64,000 nucleotides of DNA from Octopus sinensis (taxonomy: Eukaryota), in NCBI RefSeq assembly GCF_006345805.1, contig NC_042998.1:39804001-39868000 (forward strand), in the 5' to 3' direction. Numbering within the stretch: position 1 is the first letter of the stretch; the number at the start of each line of letters is the position of its first letter. This document shows, in pieces, positions 35,690 through 48,300 of the stretch. The notes under the pieces were generated by a model, which made no database searches, was not told the origin of the DNA, and saw only the letters and a list, made by a program, of their open reading frames with translations. The position numbers and the translations under genes are program-made.

Positions 35690-38600
35690 TGATACGAACG
35701 CAAAAAATAAGACGAACAAAAAGAAAACATGTCCCTTTCTCCATTAGCTGGGATCGAAACGGTGTTCCTGTTGTTCAGGTCAGTGGCATTTCCTTTGTCC
35801 TGTCAAGGAGCACAGTTGTTTATGGCCGTAGGCACTTGAACTCTGGCCCTCTATGGTGACAGAGAGTTTAAAGAAGACAAGGTTTTGATAAAGGAAATAC
35901 CCATTGTTTTGTACGGTATGCCTCTCTTTCTGGCTGGACGGCCTCATATATACGGGTAGCGTTGAGTTGCGGGGCAGTCAGAGAGAGACTGGACTGGGCA
36001 GACTTGGTCTGACAGAGACAGACAGAGGTAGAGAGAGATACATGGAGCGAGAGACGGCCAGCTAAACGACCAGGCAAGTGATGTAGTGGGATACTGCGCT
36101 TCGAGCTGAGACGTAAAATGAAGAAAATGCTGGTAAATGTTTTTGTATGTTTTAAAGGGAACGAACTTTGTTTAAATGTTAAAAAAAAAACTTTGTGTTG
36201 TTAAATGTTTCAAGAAAGAAAATAAAATAAAAGAGACTGTTAAAATTATGACCAGGCCTGGGAGTCAATTTGTTTGACTAGAATTCTTCAAAGTCGGGTT
36301 CCAGTATGGGCACAGTCCAACAACTGAAATAAGTAAAGGACAAAAAATTAATAAATTATATGAGTTATCTCGCTTGAACATTCCACGCGTTGTCTCCCTT
36401 TACAGAGTTTGTGTATTTCTTTCCAATTGAGTGTCTTTTAACTTCAGTTGAGAATTACGAACAGAGTAATTCGCTTTTGCTGCTTTCTTCAATCTACAAT
36501 GTCTTGCCTGATAACACTGATGAGCAATGTGACAGCAGATAGGTAAAGGAAGTTGCAGGATATTAGAAATGAAAGATTATGTCGATGAAAGCGGTTTCAT
36601 CATTGAAACTGTTTGATTAACTTTTCACATCACCAAAGATATTCTTTTATTTTTGTTTACGTTTCAATGATTTTGACTGCCACCAAGCTGGCCGTAAATA
36701 GTTTTTAGTCGAAGCAATCGATCCCGCCCCCCAGAACTTATTCCTTTCAAGCCTAGTATTTATTCTATCAGTCCCTTTTGCCGATAGACGTAAACACACC
36801 AACATTGGTCGCCAAGCGATGGTGGTGGAGTACAAACACAGACACACGCATAAATATATACATATATATATATATATAAACATATATAACGGGCTTCTTC
36901 CAATTCCGTCTACCAAATCCATTCACAAGGCTTTGATCGGCCCGAGGTTATAGTAGACGACACTTGCTCAAGGCATAATACAGTGGAATTGAACCCGGAA
37001 CCATTTAGTTGAGAAGCCGGTTTCTTACCACACAGTCATGATTGTGCCTGACATGTCCTGGCATCTATTAACTTCTAAAACTTTATGTAAAGAAACAAAG
37101 AACTTTTTCTTCTTTATGTGAGAATATGATGTCATAGCAATAAAACATATCTCCTTTGGCCTTTTTCGAGAAAGAAACTGATACATTGTAGTATTATGCA
37201 TAAAAAAATCTTGAATGAAATTGGATGATATCCTAGAAACAAGTTGAGCACAAGTTAGTGGAGAGAAAAGGATAATAACTGACATATGCAGTAACATCTT
37301 TGATATATATTCATGTTAAGCAAATAGATAATATCTGTTAAGTGTAAGACTGCCATGTAATGGTAGTTAAAAGATACGAGAAAAAACGAGAACTGAAAAA
37401 ATCTTCAGAAAAAGACTAAAGTTTAATGATAAAGTGATGCTTCATTTTTAAATCCAGTGGAATGTGTTTTATATTGCACATCACCTATTCCTCCAATCAC
37501 TCCTTGCACCTCTGTTTCATTTCTACCCATCTTGTACCTTAAAAGTTCATCCTGACACCTCGTCACCACTACTTTTTATCACTTTACAGCTCCACCCTAT
37601 TGTCTTATAAAATGCAGGGAGTCATGCTCTGCTCTGGCCCTTTTCTTTCATGCTTTACCCTTCTCTATTCCTCTGGCCTAAACTTGCCCATCCTGCCATG
37701 ATTTGTAGCCTTGTAAACTGTATGGTAACCTCACCAGTGCTTCCTGAACACATTGTAAAGTGGTTGACATGAAAAAGGGCATCCATCCATGGAAACCATG
37801 CCAAAACAAACCACTGGAGTATGATGCAGTCCTTGGACCCATCAGATCCTGTCATACCATACAACCCATGCTAGCATGGAACGTTAAATAATGATGATGC
37901 TCTTTTCAATTTACATAATAAAAAATAAAATTATTTAAACTGTAAATTCTGGTAACTCTTATAGCTGAATTACTGTTTAAAATTGTTCATTACCATTAAC
38001 ACCGTATTTCTTTACATTTTGTTTCAATTGGTTCTTTGTCTCACTGTCTTAAAAAAAACCTTAAACCCACATGTGGGCCATAAGTCACACACCAAAACAT
38101 TTGACAATGTTAATATTTGTGTGCAATATATATTAAATGAATTGTTTTTCTTTCTTTTTGTCTTGGTGCATGACTTTTGGCCTAACCTCTAGACAGGTTC
38201 AAAACTTGGAACATTTATTTGTAATATAAGCAACATTTCAAGAAAATTGGTGGCGAGACTCAAGATAATTGGATGCAGTCATTTGGATACTGATAATTTG
38301 GCATGGCTGAATGAACATTCAGCCTGTTTTGGCAACACTACATTTTGGCACTAGAAGCAAACACACGCACACACATACATGTATACATGCACATACAGCT
38401 AGCAAAAGAGAAAGAGATTATACATACATATAAGCATAATTGGATCCTCACACAGTGAGAGAGAGGGGGGAAGAGAGCATGAACAAGAGATATTTCTCTC
38501 CTCCCCCTCTTTCCCAGCTTAAAATATCAGATGTCAAATAAGTCAAAATCAAATCAATGATGCCAAATATACAGCTGTGCCAAAACATCTCATACTCATA

Positions 38601-40291
38601 TTGAGTGACTCTACACGGTAAAACTCTGCCCATGGAATATAAACTTATTCTGATCTGCAGGCATTATTCCTAATACAAAGTGATAATGCTCAAACCACTA
38701 CACTACCACAGTTCCTATATTTACAATCACAGTGAATTGACCAAAATATAACACCATTTGAGCGTGGCCATTGCCAGTACCGCCCGACTGGCTCTCGTGC
38801 CGGTGGCACGTAAAAGCACCCACTACACTCTCGGAGTGGTTGGCATTAGGAAGAGTATCCAGCAGTAGAAACTCTGCCAGATCAAGATTGGAGTCTGGTG
38901 CAGCCATCTGGTTCGCCAGTCCTGTCAAATCGTCCAACCCATGCTAGCATGGAAAGCAAACGTTAAACGATGATGATGATGATGATTTTTAATGACTACT
39001 TTTCCATTTTCCAAGCTTGCATGAGTCACACAATTTATGTTGGATCAGTGTTTTCTATGGTTGGATGCCCTTCCTGACACCAACCTTCACCTGTTTCTAA
39101 CCTGCTATCTATTGATAAATTTGAAAGACTAGTACATATTAGAAAATAATGACTAGGAAAACAATTAAACTAGTAAATTGTTAAAATCTTAACTTAAAAT
39201 CATTTCATTAACCTTACATTTCCAAAAAATTACAATGTAAAAGAAAAGCAATATGATATTAAATTAATATATTTAAATATATTTTTAGAAGAAATAAGTT
39301 GTAGTAGTTATCTTTAAAAGAAATTTAGAACAATATTTCCCAAGAGAAATAAATTTAACATTCCAATGAAAGTTGGAATAATTTGAAAAAAAAAAAAAAG
39401 AAAAGAAAAATGTATCTACAAATTCTCAGTTGAATTTGTAATTTATTCTGTAGTTAAATTTATTATAAATAAAATTATAAGATTTCTTTGACACCATGAA
39501 TGTTTGAAATATATGTTAAGAAAATTTTTCTTCAATTTACATAGTACAAAAATATAATTTTCTTAATAGTAAAGAGGTAAAATAACACAAATCTGAAATA
39601 TTTATTAACAATAAAGAAAAATAATCAGAAATATCTAAGACAGAGTATCAGAAGGAAATGAAAAGATGCACATTTCCATTTAATATCAATATATTCTTAT
39701 AAACCAGATACAGTTTTTCTTTTCCTTTGGAATAATTTTATGGGCAACAAGTCATTAGGACAAAGTTGCACTGTACATTATTGTAGACCTATGATCACAG
39801 GCATTCTAGTCATGACCATTCTGCTGTTTTGGAAGTATATAGGATCACACTGACTAATGTGACCTTCCTTCAGTAAGATGGTAGGTTTAGTTTCAACGAA
39901 TTTGGTTGCTATTTTGAGCAGATTGAACAACTGCATAGAGGCTGCTTTGTTGGCTCAGTAGAGTTTCCAGGTTCTATTTACTTGGTATCAGGAAAGAGAA
40001 CAGTAACACCAATATGCCAGAATAAATGAGAAATGACAAATAGTTTGTGGATTTACAGACCTAAGATCAAATCTCACATGATTAGGAATCTATCCAAGAT
40101 ATCTGATGAATCAGATTTTATTTATACTTCCATTTCCCTAAGCCAGCATAAACTAGATAGTTTTCTTTGTTTCCTTATTTCTGTTGTTTTTTTTGTTTTC
40201 TTTTGTATTTTTGCAAAGTTTCTTTAACCTGATGGAAACTGTATATCTGCTACAACTAAAAAATTACATGTACAAAAATCTCATCAATATT

Positions 40292-40297
40292 TTTATT
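40292..40297 (-). promoter_or_regulatory. Candidate poly(A) signal of SYF2
   Basis: AATAAA on the minus strand about 190 nt past the stop. Confidence 0.35.
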
Positions 40298-40487
40298 AAA
40301 TTATACTTCCTTTCATTATTTACAGTAGTTCACTTTCTTAGACTTCCAATCCCTCTAATTACACAGGATGAAATGTTCTGTTAAATTATGATAAATACAT
40401 CATCAACAACCAGCTTTCGAAAAAAACCTTCTGCAGCATTACAACTGGAAACCAAGGCATAGAGAACCAGCACAAGCTAATGGAATA

Positions 40488-40653
40488 TCAAACAGCAGTA
40501 CCACGTTCCAAATTCTGTTTAATCTCTGCTGTATATTTCCCATAGAAACGTTCCAACTTTTTGTTGAATTTCATATTTCTCTCATTGATGTAGTCAATAT
40601 CAGCAGCCTCATCATAAGGTCTTCTTCGGCTGTATTTTTCTCTTTTGTTGATC
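40488..40653 (-). CDS. SYF2: SYF2 exon 7
   Basis: tttcAG acceptor; [13 protein letters not shown]...ERGTAV*. Confidence 0.96.
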
Positions 40654-43600
40654 CTGAAATGCATCAAAAAGGCAAATCAGAATAAAACTATGTGTATACT
40701 GAACTTTCATTGTATTACAATATCTTTCTTATCTGTACTTTTAATGTTCATTTTCTTAATCTAGGATTACCAATGAAAGAGTTTACAGCTCATTTCTTGT
40801 CACAAACATTATGCTACATACATAAGCAAAACACTTAAATCTCAAATTCCCAATCCATTTGCAGCAATGAGTAACATGAAAAGCACTGCTCACTGCTATA
40901 AGCAGTTGGTTGTATCTCTGCATGAATGAAGAATATTTCATTAGATTCAAGTGCTAAATTTAAATCCTTCTATGAATACCCACCAAATTGACTTGCTTTA
41001 ACTCTTTAGCATTCTGATTATTTTGTCAAATGTAATACTTATTTATACACATTATTTTGTATTAATTATGCATTATCTCATAACTTTTAATGATGTGATT
41101 GTTTATTTTCAGAATGACATTTAAAGGTATGAGAGGCTAGATCTGGCTGGTTTGAACATAAAACAGGTTGAATGTTTGGGCTGGATATGGCCGATTTAAA
41201 ATGCTAAAGGGTTAAATACACTAACTGAAGACCAAATTTTAAAATAATGCTCCTATGATGCTAAAATCTATAAAACTCATACATATATTTCTTGCCATTA
41301 TGAACTCCTTCATACCTTTTCTTAATCAATGAGCTTAGTCCCAATTCTAGATTGTACATCCGGCAGAGAAAACACATATCACAAAGCAATGACATGCACC
41401 AACTCCATGTATAATTGGAGCCTCTTATAAAAAACAGAGGCTCTGAAAAATGGAAAAAATTTTTACAATCATTTTTTCCCCTGAAGTTTCCATATTCGCA
41501 GCAATGATCAGATAACAAATACCAGAAATATTTTCTAACTTGGATAGAATGATGCTTTTCCTGTCACTAGAAGTGGAAGTTAACATTCACTCTGTTTGCT
41601 GTTTTTCAAAATTTGCACTGCATATATTCTTTTGTTTAATTTTAATTTTTGCCAAATTAGTGTGACTGGGATGGTAATCAATTTTGAGGTAGGACTCACA
41701 TCAACCTCATGCTAACATAACAAAAAGTTATAAAAATGCTAAGAAATCAACTTACTGTTTCTCCAAATCATTTACCATTCTATCGACGGCTTTCTCAGAG
41801 TCAGTGTGTTGCTGCAATCCTAAAGTGTTAGCATCAGGAAAAAATTCTTCTCCTCTTTTTTCAAGAAAATACAAAAGAAAAAAAGAAAAAAAGAGAAATA
41901 ATCAAAAATGATATTCCTATAGTAAAAAAAATAACAAATCTTACTAAAACAAAGAAAGTAAAAAGAGGTATAAAGTAAAAGATGAAGGTAGATAATAAAA
42001 GTATATAGAGAGGTAGGGATAGGAATAATGATTTGTGATGGGAATACAGTTATTAAAGACAGAGGCAGGGATAGAGTTAGACAGAGGTAGGTATAGAGAA
42101 AGTTATACAGTTAGCAATAGAAATAGACATAGAAACGTAAATATAGGGAGATAAAGAGGTAGAAGAAATAAAGAAGGGATAAAAGTAGGGACAGAGGGAC
42201 ACATGCAAAGAAAATACAGGAGACAAAAGGAAAATTCATCATTACATTTCTTCATGAACATAACTATTGACATGTCAAATTAAAAGCTGACCATTTACTT
42301 TATTCAGCAATTGTGTAGTGCCTGGCTTAGTGGTCAGAGTGTTGGACTCATCACCATCAGATTGTGGTTTCAATTCTTGGACCTGGTGATGCATTGTATT
42401 CTTGAGCAAAACACTTAATTTCACATTGCTCCAGTCCATTCAGCAGGCAAAAATGAGTAATCCTGCAATGGACTGGCATCTCACCCAGTGGGGAGTATAT
42501 ACACCAGAAAATCCAGGAAACAAGCCCTATGACTCAAGAAGAATCTTTATCCTTTTATTAGCTAAATTTTATAAGAGTGAAGTATGTTCAATTGAATTAC
42601 TTCTCATACATATTATCTTTTATTTTCCTCATGTGAGTGAAAATTCATTGGTGAGCAATTTCAAATTTAGTGTCAGACAAAACCTATGGACAAGAAGTTT
42701 CCCTGTCTTTGTCTACAGTCTCACAAACAAAATGGACTCATTTGGACAATGTAGTAAGAGTCATAGCTATACAAACAGATAGGATGGTTACATTCAAAAT
42801 GCTATATGGCTTCAGGATCACACCGATCTAGAGTTAAACAACAACTATACTGAATAAGCACATACTATAAACCCAACAGGCTTCTCTACAGTTTCCAATT
42901 TCAATCATGAGGCTCTGACTGGCCTGAGGTTACAGTAGAAGACTATTGTCCTAGGTGGCACAGAGTGAGACAGAACTTGAGATCATGTGGTAACAAAGCA
43001 AACCCCACATCTATACAGCCACATCTGCCCTAAATCAGCAAATGAAATTTAAAAGTCTTACTTTTTTTCCATCTGGTTAAAATAAGAATCCATGTCTGGC
43101 TTAATCTGTTTGGTATTCCTTTGATACTGGCGGAATGTAGCAGCTTCATAATCTGGAAGTAATAAAGAACTGAATAAACAAAAATTCATCCCATTTCTAC
43201 CTCAGCTTTATTCATATACTAGCTGGTGTACCTGGTAATTCCTGGGGGTAAAGATGTTCTATTGAAATGCCTTATTACTCTGATATAAGAAAGCAATTTC
43301 GTTATAACTGCCACAAAAGGTGTATTTTCTATCACGTAAAAGTACAAAAACTGTCAGCTGGAAGAGGGAGAGATTGTATGTATATAAATATATGAATGAA
43401 GTGTTTGAAGAAAGTGCAATAATAACGTTCACACTCGCTGATGGTCACTCTCAGTAACTGCCTTTAGTTTACAGAGTTCTAGTTTTTATAACTATCGAAA
43501 AGCAGCCAGAAGGATAAACATATTGTTGAGAACAAATGATTACATTGGAGGTCTGTTATCTCCATTCCAGCCCCTGGTGGCCTAGAAGAGGTTAGAAGGG

Positions 43601-45330
43601 TCAAGTGGCAAAGACATTATTCTGCTTAGCAAAGGCATCTGGGAAATGTATAACTGCTATCATTCACAGAAAAACTATTGTTTTACCGTGAGAAAAGTGC
43701 TGTTGAAGTGTTAAGTGAAACTTGGCAATTGAGGATCGAAACCATGCTATGTATGCATAAAGCCACTACAAATACGTTGTGGAATAAAAAATTTATCTAC
43801 TGTCATGGAAAAGTGTAACTGTAAAAATGCAGAATTGTCAGATAATGGGCATTCAAAAAAGTATGTATCTATAGAAATGTATGAAGTCTTTAATGCTTAA
43901 GATTCAAATTATGGAAATGCAATAATAATGTTTAGCAGTTCAAAACTGTGAGTAGTAAAATGCAGAACTAGGTCAGCTGATTGTGAGAATCAAATATTGA
44001 TTGCGTCACTAGAAACTGCAGGTGGTATGGGTTATTTCCCTTAGGTTTAAATAAAATATTAGTAATATGTAGTATATAGAAGGATCCATTGGAGGGGCCC
44101 TATTATCGATATTTTTCAACAATCTAAGTATGTCACAAGGTTTCCAGACATGAGTTGTACTCACATATCAAATAAAGTAAAAAAGTGATATTGTCTGCAA
44201 AAATTAGAAATTGGATACACAAAATATCAATATTCAAAGTAATCAAACATAAACAATGAAATGGGTTATTTCCCTTGAGTATTTAAAAAAAATAATGCAG
44301 GTGCTATGGGTTATTTCCCTTGAATGTTAAAAAAAATTAGTTATATGAGGTAGATATAAAGGTCTCTTCCAGGGGCCATATTATTAATTTTTCAACAATC
44401 TAAGTATGTCACAAGGTTTCCAGACATAAGTTAAATCAATGTAGGAGGAGTTAGCTAACAACGCCACAAACAAACAAACACCGATTTTCCACATATGTAG
44501 TAGATAAACCACTATAAAGATACAAAGAAAATGACAGGATGGTCATGTCTGGAATGCTTTTCACTTCACAATCAGGTTTGATCTAAGGCCAACAACCCAA
44601 TAGTGTCTTATCCTAAATAGAAAACTTACCAGAGAAACCAGGATCAGGATTCTTCTTTTTTTTCTTGCGTTCCCATTTCTCAGCATCTACAGCACTAATA
44701 TCAAGCAACTTCACTTGATCATAGTCTTCTCCTTTCGCACTGCATTCCTATTTAGACAGAAAAATATACATGAAAATAAATAACTGGAATCTAACAAGAC
44801 CTTAATTTTTGAAGAAGGGTGTAGCTAATTAGATTGACCCCGCTTCATGATGAGTACTTTATTTTAATAGCCCTGAAGGATAAAAGGCAATGCCAAACTT
44901 GGATGCAGTTGAACTTAGAATGTAGACGATTATAACTAATTACTACAAGGTATTTTTGTCAACTGTCACTTAATGGATTTATCAATCAACAAATTATCAA
45001 GAACAGAATTAACCAATCTTTTCTGAAAGCACCAATAATGTTTACAATTATTGCAAATGTAGAATTTAACTATATTATCTATTATTTACATTATTTACGT
45101 TTGACGGATATTTGTCTTCATCTTGTTTGTTGTTAACAACTTTCAGCTGATATACTCTCCAACCTTCATTAGGTGTCTTGGGGAAATTTCAAACCTGGGT
45201 TCTCATTTCTAAGGTATTTTTTGATTTTGTTGTTATTATTATTATTCAGGTCACTGCCTTGAATTGAACTTGGAATCTTGTGGTTAAGAGCGCAGACTAC
45301 TAACCCCAAGATTCCGAGTTCGACGACGAC

Positions 45331-45368
<38 letters not shown>

Positions 45369-48300
45369 TAATAATATGAGAACCCAAGTTCAAAATTTCC
45401 CCAAGACACCTGATGAAGGCTGGAGAGTATATCAGCCGAAACGTTGTGTTAACAACAAACAAGATGAGGACAAATATCCATCAAGTGTAAATAATGTAAT
45501 GTACATAATTCCTCATCTCTTAAATATAGAACTGTCTTATATCTATTCCAATTGTTTTTAGAGAGATAAAATAAAGAGAAAGCACAGCACTACAAATGCA
45601 GAGGTTACTGAAATCTAATTAATTTTATATATTAACAGACCAGACATGTGGCTGGTGCAAGGTCCCAGATAGAGTGAAGGGGATGTGGTAGTGAAATGAC
45701 AAGGCACATCAGTGCTTCTTAAAGAAGGTGGTACTGCCTATTGGGTGTTTAGGTGGAATTTTATATGGGTACTAGAGACAAAGGGGGCAGTGAAAAGTAA
45801 TAGAAACATCTGTATAGTGCTCTTCTTAGTCTTTGTCTATTTAAATATTAACTTTAAAATATTTTTAATGTATAGATGCAATAAACACAAGAAATGAACA
45901 GAAAACTGATTCTGCCAAATTCCGGGGGTGATACTTAGAAGTAATTGATAGTTTCTGTTATTTGGATAACCATGCCAGAAGTGAAGGTGGATACTCCAAG
46001 AGTGCAGCTGCTAGAATAAGAATTAGCTGGGCAAAGTTCAGAGAGCTTTTACCTTTGTTGGTAACAAAGCGCCACTCCCTCAGAGTGAAAGCAGATTGTA
46101 TAATGCCTGTATGTGGACACCTATGCTACACAGCAGTGAAACATGGGCTGTGACAGAGGACATGCGGGGGCTTGAAAGAAATGAAGTTAATATGCTTTAC
46201 TGAATGTGCAATGTCAGCGTGCATGTATGACAGAGTGTAAGCATTTTAAGAGAAAAACTGGACATAAGAGGCATCAAATGTGATGTACAAGAGAGAAGAC
46301 TACTGGTATGGTCATGAGATGTGTATGGACAAGGACAGCTGCATAAAGTGCCAATCACTAACTATGGAGAGAACTCAGGAAGACATGGGACGAAGTGGTA
46401 AAACATGATCTTCAGATGTTGGGTCTCACAGAGGCAATGACAAATGATTGAGATCTTTGGCGGTTTGCTGTGCTTGCGAAGACTCATCAGGCCAAGTGAA
46501 ATCATAGTCTTGGCTGATGCTAGTGACGTGTAAAAGGCATTCACTACACTCTTGGAGTGGTTGGCATTAGGAAGGGTATCCAGCTGTAGAAATCAAGCTA
46601 AAATTAGATTGGAGCCAAGTACAGCTCTCTGGCTTACCAGTTCCAGTCAAACTGTCAAACCCATGCCAACATGGGAAACAGATGCTAAATGATGTAATAT
46701 TATGATAAACTGAACATTACCAGCAATCACAACAAAGACAATAACCTGAGTCTGGCCAAAACCACAAGTTAAAACTTGGATGAATAAATATGGTCAACCC
46801 CAGTAGAACCGTCCAACCCATGCTAGCATGGAAAACGGACGCTAAACGATGATGATGATGATGGTAATGCATCAGTTAAGTACTCCTTGTAGTACAGTGG
46901 TAGCATGGCAAGTAATTATCAGCAGAAAAGTGATCAGTAAATGAAAAAAGAAAGAGTAGGACTTTAAAGCCTGTATGGGTCTCTCACATCAAGGACTATT
47001 TCAACATCTCTAGTGATGGTGCCAAGTGTAAAGTGATTGGCAACAGGAAGAGCATCCAGCTATAGAAATCAAGTCAAATTACAAGCATGAGCACCAGTCC
47101 ATGGGAGCAGTGGCTCTCAATAACCAATGACTTAGACTGTGATGATCCATCTAACCTATGCCAGTAGGAAAAGTGGACATAAAATGATGATGATGATGAT
47201 GATTAACAATTAAAGATTACTTTTAATAAACTGAATTACTTTATTTTTTAAATTATGAGGAAACCATAATCCTTTACCATTCAAATTACTGTCATGTTTA
47301 TTTATTCACATTGATTTTGAATTAATCAGGCATTATCTTATAGCTATGAGATTTTGATGATGCTGTTGTTCATTTTTAGAATGACATTCTAGGATAGATG
47401 TGAGAGGCCAGATCTGGCCACTTTGAACATAAAAGAGGTAGAATATTTGAGCTGGCAATGGCCAGTTTAAGTGATAAAGGGCTAATGTAAATTGAAATAC
47501 CTTCTGCTTTTTTAATTCTTCTTCTTCCCATTCCAGCCGTTTTCGTTTTTCTTCATAATTAGCTGGCAGTCGCTTCTTACGATCTTCTTCAGCAACTTCT
47601 TGGTGATTGAGCTTCCTTGCTTCATTCTACAACAAAAATAATAATCACAGATTTGATATGTTAACTGAATAATGACACAGCTATGCAATGACATACAAAA
47701 CATTTTGTTGTCACATGTTCATTGATTACACTGTGCAACACAATTTTTGTCCTTGGGTAGCAACTGTTATTTCCTATTTGCTTACCCCTAGAAAGTATGA
47801 AAAATGGCTAATATTTCCGTTAAAATTTGCTTTTCTTACATTTATTCAAACCTCAAAGAATCCTTCTCAACACATGGCTATGATGCCCTCCCACTACTCC
47901 TGCTCAGAGATACACATATTGTCAGCCACTAAGGGACATGCTCAAGTGGTTACGGTCAAGCAACAGACAAACAAATTTATGGTATTGAGCAGAATAATGA
48001 CATCTCTGCTTCAGCAACTCAGTGCTGAATCTGAAATACAAATGAAAATAGGTCAGTTTCAAAAAACTGATGCCCAAGTGACAAAAGCAAAGTTTGAAAG
48101 AAATAGTAGTCATTTCCATTGATTTCTAGAGAAAAGCAAGTAGGAAATAACACTTACCAAAGACAAAGAAAAAAAATTATTTTATTACACAATGTTAGAG
48201 AAATTTTAAGTAAAATTCAAACTAAAAAGTTCCATTATCTCACTGACTAACTAAGATTAGAAACTTAAAACTTCCACCCAGTAAGAAAACTGGAATGGTA

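Noticed and set aside
36517-36523. CTGATGA hammerhead-like core
   Set aside because: No stem II and no downstream GAAAC/NUH.
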